Shown here one piece after another: positions 58,753 through 64,000 of a stretch of 64,000 nucleotides of DNA; position 1 is the first letter of the stretch, and each line of letters starts with the position of its first letter. Source of the stretch: an uncultured archaeon. GTDB taxonomy: Archaea > Asgardarchaeota > Thorarchaeia > Thorarchaeales > Thorarchaeaceae. Both the position numbers and the translations under genes were made by a program. The stretch covers positions 52,375 through 116,374 of the forward strand of contig CAYWJO010000005.1 of the NCBI GenBank assembly GCA_964458565.1, given 5' to 3'. The notes under the pieces were generated by a model that saw only the letters and a list, made by a program, of their open reading frames with translations, did no database searches and was not told where the DNA came from.

Positions 58753-59118
58753 GTGCTTATTATGACCGGTAAGAATGACCAACCTGTAAAGAAGATGGCT
58801 GAACTACTTCGTCGTGGGGCAACTATGTTGGCTGATGCTTGTCCGCAGTGCGGATCACCTCTTCTAAAGGTAGACGAAGACATTTATTGTGCACACTGTG
58901 ACCGTCGAATTGTATATGCCGATTCCGATGAAGAAGTCGAAACATATGCGGTGAAAGCGCTCATTCCTGAGCTACACGAAACTCTTCTACGGAAGTTAAG
59001 GTCATTGAATGATTTAGTTGAGGCCGAAGATAATATAGAATCACTAACAAAACTAGCGAATCTTATGGTTCTTCTACTGCAAACTCTGCACAATTTAGAA
59101 AATATGAGAGGAAATTGA
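58753..59118 (+). CDS. UPF0148 / autoantigen p27 zinc-finger protein
   Basis: MAELLRRGATMLADACPQCGSPL...IYCAHC. Confidence 0.9.
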   Translation: MLIMTGKNDQPVKKMAELLRRGATMLADACPQCGSPLLKVDEDIYCAHCDRRIVYADSDEEVETYAVKALIPELHETLLRKLRSLNDLVEAEDNIESLTKLANLMVLLLQTLHNLENMRGN

Positions 59119-59146
59119 AGTGACTACGGTTCTATACCGTAGTCAT

Positions 59147-59791
59147 TTACTGTTTGGTGGTACCTCTTCGAAGTCTTGCTCTTCGAGCCTTTACTTCTTC
59201 AGGTCCCTTCAATACCTTACTCTTACGAATTTCACACTGTCTGACTGGGATTATTGTCTTGACTGCCTCGTGTACTTCCGTTGCAAGTTCGCCCAAAATA
59301 ACCTTTTGAACGAGTTCATCAAAGGTATGTTTCCTAGCATGAGTGCGGATTACCTTTTCAGTAGCTTTTCTTACTGAGTGTTCTTGACTTGTTTTTGCAC
59401 GGGTCGTGGTGAATACAATCACTGAGATTCGCATAAGATAGTCATCTTTGGTCAAGATAGGGCCTATCCAGTCGATTCTTGTAGTACCTCTTCGCACTAG
59501 TCCTCTGAGATAATCCGAACTCCACTCGTGTCCATGAAATACAGTCTTTCCTTGTTGACCTGTTACCTCAAGAACCTTAAACTTCAATTTTACATGAATC
59601 TGATCAAAATCGCCTGTTAGGTCATATAACGTCGGTTTTATGGTTCTCCCAATAAGTGAATCTGGATTGCTTGCTGGAGTTGTACCAATTTCTTTCTCAT
59701 CAAAATAGTATGGTGCATGTATTGAATACCATGCTTTCTCTCTCCACTTATCTCGGGTCCTTGCTGCTGACTGTCTACTTCTTGAGGACAT
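59147..59791 (-). CDS. rps3ae: 30S ribosomal protein eS1 (S3Ae)
   Basis: DKWREKAWY...AP, TLYDLTGDF, DYLRGLVRR, IIPVRQCEIRKSKVL. Start taken at ATG 59791. Confidence 0.96.
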   Translation of the reverse strand: MSSRSRQSAARTRDKWREKAWYSIHAPYYFDEKEIGTTPASNPDSLIGRTIKPTLYDLTGDFDQIHVKLKFKVLEVTGQQGKTVFHGHEWSSDYLRGLVRRGTTRIDWIGPILTKDDYLMRISVIVFTTTRAKTSQEHSVRKATEKVIRTHARKHTFDELVQKVILGELATEVHEAVKTIIPVRQCEIRKSKVLKGPEEVKARRARLRRGTTKQ

Positions 59792-59808
59792 TGATTCATC
59801 ACACTCAT

Positions 59809-59871
59809 TTTGGACATAGAAATTTGTCCAAAGAATCACGATGCGTTCCTGAGTAATGACTCCTCAGGAAC
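59809..59871 (-). promoter_or_regulatory. Two hairpins in the 5' leader of eS1
   Basis: GTTCCTGAG/CTCAGGAAC (59845-59871) and TTTGGACA/TGTCCAAA (59809-59832), between a TATA-like box and the ATG. Confidence 0.5.
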
Positions 59872-59972
59872 TTCGCCGACATCCTAGGTGATGAATAAAA
59901 ACATTGTGACATAACCTCTTCTTTCTTTCACTCCTTCTCTATGACTACATAACGAAAAACTAGATATTCAAT

Positions 59973-60134
59973 ATGGAAGAAGATAACAACGGTACGATGA
60001 CCATGACTGATAATTGTCCAAAATGCGGATACAAAGAAGTCGCTGTTGTAAAGCGAGAACCCTTGACAAGTGGCGGTCACAGACGATATCTCCGATGTCC
60101 TCGCTGCGATCACACTTGGGAGAAGAAAGACTAG
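59973..60134 (+). CDS. Small zinc-ribbon protein (TFIIS-C/TFS-like), not in the ORF track
   Basis: MEEDNNGTMTMTDNCPKCGYKEVAVVKREPLTSGGHRRYLRCPRCDHTWEKKD*. The real start may be one of the internal ATGs. Confidence 0.75.
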   Translation: MEEDNNGTMTMTDNCPKCGYKEVAVVKREPLTSGGHRRYLRCPRCDHTWEKKD

Positions 60135-60207
60135 GTTATTGAATTCTAGTCAAATCATCCTGTCCAAAACCATTATATCACAATCCACTGCCAATCGATT
60201 CTGATAT

Positions 60208-60249
60208 GCGGAGGTTGCCAAGCCAGGTCAAAGGCGCTGGGTTTAGGTC
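60208..60249 (+). pseudogene. 5' half of tRNA-Leu(TAG), truncated after the anticodon loop
   Basis: GCGGAGGTTGCCAAGCCAGGTCAAAGGCGCTGGGTTTAGGTC with BRE/TATA upstream. First 33 nt identical to the tRNA at 61830-61949. Confidence 0.88.
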
Positions 60250-61436
60250 ATCTCACCATCCTGTGATTGCTGCTGGTGTGATACAAGGTATCGTCTTTTT
60301 CTGATTCTATAAAGGATAACGGACACTCCTATGGCGATGATGATAACGAGAAAGATCACTACTGGTCCAAGATTACTCGCTGTACTCCATGAGTAGACAC
60401 CTATCTCCTTACCTCTGGTGGTTCTGAGAATGTGACCACCCCAGCTGATGGCCCATCCCAAAGATGCGTTGAGCATAAATATGGCTTCAATCCGTTCTTC
60501 TGTGGGAACTGACTGCTCATACCAGTCGACTCCACTATTCTGCGAATGAGCAATCAGAGGAGTCTTACCTCCAATCCATCCATGAGTTTGGTTGAGGAAT
60601 TGAATATCAGTGAAGTAGGGTGATTGACCGTACGCACTATTGGGCAAGGATTGTTCAATCCAAGTTTTTCCATCCACCATGTGGGCTAGCATATCATCTC
60701 CCACAGCCCAAGCTTCAGTATCACTCACAAAGGAGAAAGCCCATCCACCTTTACTGTGACTCTTTTCCCAAGTTTCGCCACCATCAACAGTGTGATAAAT
60801 ACCGAATGTATTTATGATCCAACCATCTTCTGGGCTCGTGAAGCAGATGTCCCTCGCTCGGTCATCATATGGATACGACAGAGTTTCGTTCCAGATCATC
60901 CCACCATCTATGGTCTTGTAGAGTCCTCTCTCTGAACTAGCCCAACCAAGTGTTTCATTGAAGAAAAACAATCCATAGAAATGATTAGACTCTGAACCAA
61001 TTGGAATATAGTACCAACTCTCTCCATCGTTTACTGAATGAAAAAGTCCACCATCAGCTGTTACCCACATATTGTTCCCTACAATTTCCATCCTTGGAAA
61101 CCATGTGCTGTTGTTATAGAGCTGGATTTGCCAAGAATATCCACTATCAGTAGTGTGGAGGATGATACCATCGCCAAAACTGGTCTTGTTCTGACTGAGT
61201 GCCCAGCCATGGGTGACGTTTTTGAACTTGATATCAAATGCCATAACATCATCAATTACAAAATCATGGTCCACCTCTTCCCAGATGGTTTCTGCAAGCT
61301 CCCTCCGTACGTCGGAAAGATTCAGGGATATTCCCTCAGTTAGAGGTGGTATGGCTAAGATACAAATCGCCAATGCCGTAAACAGATGCCTAGCTCTCAT
61401 CTCTATATGTTCCACCTTTTCTAACATACAATCCAT
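60243..61436 (-). CDS. Secreted BNR/YCF48-like beta-propeller protein with C-terminal TM anchor
   Basis: Signal peptide, repeated (S/T)xDGGxTW Asp-boxes and F.N.T.GWA units, TM followed by RIRKRR. Confidence 0.85.
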   Translation of the reverse strand: MDCMLEKVEHIEMRARHLFTALAICILAIPPLTEGISLNLSDVRRELAETIWEEVDHDFVIDDVMAFDIKFKNVTHGWALSQNKTSFGDGIILHTTDSGYSWQIQLYNNSTWFPRMEIVGNNMWVTADGGLFHSVNDGESWYYIPIGSESNHFYGLFFFNETLGWASSERGLYKTIDGGMIWNETLSYPYDDRARDICFTSPEDGWIINTFGIYHTVDGGETWEKSHSKGGWAFSFVSDTEAWAVGDDMLAHMVDGKTWIEQSLPNSAYGQSPYFTDIQFLNQTHGWIGGKTPLIAHSQNSGVDWYEQSVPTEERIEAIFMLNASLGWAISWGGHILRTTRGKEIGVYSWSTASNLGPVVIFLVIIIAIGVSVILYRIRKRRYLVSHQQQSQDGEMT

Positions 61437-61708
61437 TATAATGGTGGCGGGTCTCCACCTCCACCCCCACTATTGATGCTAGCATAGTAGACATCACTTC
61501 CAATGAAATGGGTTCCGGAGTCATATGCCTTGACGTATACCTTCATCTTGACATAGCCATATGGAAGTGTCCACATCATGTAATAATCCTCATAGACTGG
61601 ATGCACATCATTGATCTGTCCCTTGTATTCGTAGTTCGTCCAATACCCAGAGCTGTCCTTGTACTTCACATATACCTTGACATAGTCCACTACAAGTGGA
61701 TCGTTCAC
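61436..61708 (-). pseudogene. Probable 3' fragment of a secreted beta-rich protein gene
   Basis: Y/V-rich beta strands ending GGGGGDPPPL. The frame is open for about 30 more codons upstream with no start codon or signal peptide. Confidence 0.4.
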
Positions 61709-61829
61709 TCTAACATATCCAAGAGTGGACTTGCTCCATGCTGAGGAGATGAGAAGATTATCAGGAGATAGGATTAAGTTTCTCCAATTTTCACTAAGAG
61801 TAACTTATCTATACAATCTAAAGAGAGAA

Positions 61830-61949
61830 TGGTGCGGAGGGCGAGATTCGAATTCGCGCTTCCTGTCTACAAATTACAGGAGGTCTCGCGAATCACTACT
61901 GAACTGGATCCTAAGTCCAGCGCCTTTGACCTGGCTTGGCAACCTCCGC
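61830..61949 (-). tRNA. tRNA-Leu(TAG) with 32-nt intron at 53/54
   Basis: A cloverleaf with long variable arm and CCA is obtained after removing 61853-61884. BHB CGCG/CGCG with bulges AGA and AAT. Confidence 0.93.
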
Positions 61950-62242
61950 AAAGGTAGAGAGCAATGGAAGTGGGTTGCGATATAATGCTTTTGCTGGATT
62001 CGTATTTTTAATCTGGTTCTTACTAGCTCGTTGAAAACGAGAGATTTTCTTATTATCAAATTACTTGTTTAATATACACCATGACACCTCAAACCAATCT
62101 CCCCATTGTAGGTATCTGCAAAAGATGTGGAAAGCCAGTTCATTACAATGAGCTGTATATTGCTCAAGTCGGGGCTGAAATTGGACCATGGCATCATTAC
62201 AACTGCACTAAACTGCAAATTAGAGAGTAGGATTGGGCAGTA

Positions 62243-63214
62243 ATGTCAACTAAAGAGAATCAAAATGACACTGATCCGAGAATCATGATAGCTCAGATGA
62301 ATCAGGCATGGAGCGATGCAAGAAGTTACACTGGCAACATTTGGCAGATAGCAGCACTTTGTCTGACAGGTGTTGCTCTATCCCTGAACGTTGCATATTC
62401 TTCCACACTCGTAGAACCATTATTGGTACTAATACTACTCTTTACTTCGCTCTTAGCGTCTGGAGGGGTGTTTGGAATCCAATGGTTAAGATATAGCATA
62501 ACTTACAGAGTAGTATACATTCAAGAAATTGAGGAGAAACTTGCCGAATTACAAGAAGAATACAAGATTACACCATCCTTACATCTTTTCGGGCTTGAAA
62601 AGGGCCCTCTTGCTTTTCTCTTTGGAATTCTGGTTGTGACCACTGAAACGTTATTCCTTTCTCTTGTATACGCATCCTATTTGCTTTTCATATCACTGAA
62701 CATAGAACTTTCAGTTTCGATAGTTTTCACCATCATCATTTTCGTGATTTCTGTTTTACCATTTACTTGGTATGTGGTTCAGAAAAGGAGCAATCTTCGG
62801 AGTAGGGAGAAAGAATTAGCAAAAGAATGGAAATCCAAATTCTTGGAGATTTTATGGGAGGTGATTAATAAACTCAGGTTGGAGGGTCATGTCATTGAAG
62901 TTGTTTATGGTTTCTCTCTATATCAAGGAGAAAGAGAGCTTGATGTTGACATAATAATTAGCTCAGATGCCTATCGATTCACCTTCATAACCAGAACATC
63001 TTATTGGATTAGTAAGAAAAAATGGGATGATGCCAGAGCGTTTGAGAATGAGACTATCTTTATAGTAACTCCACATCATGAAAGGTTTCCAAAACAACGT
63101 AACAGAGTTTTTCCTATTAGCTCTGCAGTGAGTTCTAAAGATTTGAGAAAGTACCTCCTTGATGGATTAGCTGGAAAACTCATAGATGTAGAGAATGACC
63201 CTTTTGAAACATAA
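62243..63214 (+). CDS. Hypothetical membrane protein (about 4 TM) with soluble C-terminal domain
   Basis: Hydrophobic segments in the first ~180 aa, then an alpha/beta domain. Confidence 0.65.
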   Translation: MSTKENQNDTDPRIMIAQMNQAWSDARSYTGNIWQIAALCLTGVALSLNVAYSSTLVEPLLVLILLFTSLLASGGVFGIQWLRYSITYRVVYIQEIEEKLAELQEEYKITPSLHLFGLEKGPLAFLFGILVVTTETLFLSLVYASYLLFISLNIELSVSIVFTIIIFVISVLPFTWYVVQKRSNLRSREKELAKEWKSKFLEILWEVINKLRLEGHVIEVVYGFSLYQGERELDVDIIISSDAYRFTFITRTSYWISKKKWDDARAFENETIFIVTPHHERFPKQRNRVFPISSAVSSKDLRKYLLDGLAGKLIDVENDPFET

Positions 63215-63247
63215 GTGTCCGAGTGGCTATAGAAACTGTTTCGAAAT

Positions 63248-63290
63248 TACTCGTAGGAGTTCGCGAGATCAAATCTCGCCCTCCGCACCA
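63248..63290 (+). pseudogene. 3' half of a tRNA-Leu (variable arm, T arm, acceptor, CCA)
   Basis: TACTCGTAGGAGTTCGCGAGATCAAATCTCGCCCTCCGCACCA. CCTCCGC pairs with GCGGAGG at 60208. Confidence 0.88.
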
Positions 63291-63330
63291 CTTCATTCTT
63301 ATCTTACATCTTTACTTTCAAGTATGAGTA

Positions 63331-63675
63331 ATGATGAAATACCTATTCTTAGCGACAGATGACAACAAAATGCAACTGATGCATCTTCTTCTAAACGCAA
63401 ATAATTTCCATGAGAGAGGACATGATGTTGCAGTCGTTCTAGAGTGCGCTTCACCCAAACTCTTGATTGGCCTTGCAGATGGGACGTTCAAACTACCTGT
63501 GTTTGATAAAGCATTGCAGTATGGGATAATTGATCACGCATGTAAAGCATGCACTGCAAACTTCAATGCGACAGAATCTGCCGAGAAACTAGGAGTTCCA
63601 ATAAAGGGCGAATTGGGTGGTCATTCGGACTTACTCGGATTTGCACAAGATGGATACTCAATAATCAGCTTTTAG
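63331..63675 (+). CDS. DsrE-family protein
   Basis: H.LLNA...G.DV.VVLE.AS, ACKAC, GH.DL..F..DGYSIISF. Confidence 0.8.
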   Translation: MMKYLFLATDDNKMQLMHLLLNANNFHERGHDVAVVLECASPKLLIGLADGTFKLPVFDKALQYGIIDHACKACTANFNATESAEKLGVPIKGELGGHSDLLGFAQDGYSIISF

Positions 63676-63692
63676 AATGCAACCATTTGATA

Positions 63693-63792
63693 TGGCGCCG
63701 GGGAAGGGACTCGAACCCTTGAGTCTCAAAGGACAGCGGTTATCTCGTTCGGAAATTCGAGACCGCCTCCGTAGCCGCTTGGATACCCCGGC
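63693..63792 (-). tRNA. tRNA-Ser(CGA) with canonical 14-nt intron
   Basis: Cloverleaf with long variable arm and G73-CCA. Intron 63742-63755, BHB CTCG/CGAG. Confidence 0.93.
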
Positions 63793-63832
63793 TCATCTGA
63801 TTCTTAGCATCAAAACTAATTTAACGTTGATG

Positions 63833-64000
63833 CTATTGTTTCTCACATTCATCAATAGCCCTACTCATTGCGCTTCTTGCAACTTCTTCCAATTTCCTTA
63901 GTGCACTTTCCGTTTTAGCACCGACATAAACTCTCGCTTTTGGCTCAGTTCCTGAAACCCTGACTAACACATACGAACCATCAGTACATTCTATTCGCAC
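63833..64000 (-). CDS. Phosphohexomutase (PGM/PMM/GlmM family), C-terminal end only
   Basis: VRIECTDGSYVLVRVSGTEPKARVYV...CEKQ* matches the domain IV RxSGTEP motif. Confidence 0.85.
   Translation of the reverse strand: MRIECTDGSYVLVRVSGTEPKARVYVGAKTESALRKLEEVARSAMSRAIDECEKQ

Noticed and set aside
60208-63290. Trans-spliced split tRNA of the Nanoarchaeum/Caldivirga type
   Set aside because: No long complementary GC-rich extensions or BHB between the halves are visible, about 4 nt of the anticodon stem are missing, and a complete isoacceptor is present.

Overview
Archaeal chromosomal window of low GC content, most likely from an Asgard archaeon (Thorarchaeota-like). This is an inference from the combination of Rpo8, a tandem Roadblock protein with an MglA-type small GTPase, eS1, KEOPS, and several tRNAs with non-canonical BHB introns. 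It is mostly dense housekeeping sequence: split LKR/SDH lysine pathway, glmS, uS10, IPK, pyrG, NurA-HerA, a replication cluster (hel308, intein-bearing mcm, GINS, rfcS/L, cdc6), KEOPS/uS15, FAU-1, eS1, and five intron-containing tRNAs. The best leads are: (1) a non-coding region at about 2.72-3.19 kb with one canonical ORB box embedded in an array of (C/T)ATTCACA repeats, next to a winged-helix gene and about 45 kb from cdc6, suggesting an origin with a possible second initiator or regulator; (2) a Roadblock x2 / DENN-like / small GTPase operon; (3) a tRNA-Leu(TAG) broken in two by a ~3 kb insert that carries its own inverted, intron-containing tRNA-Leu(TAG); (4) dispersed Flp/Tad-like and Ced/VirB-like components; (5) apparent pseudo-enzymes (SufS-like without the PLP lysine, DHH-like without its motifs); and (6) two ORFs missed by the ORF track plus a candidate small structured RNA. 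All assignments come from motif recognition by eye; no searches were run.
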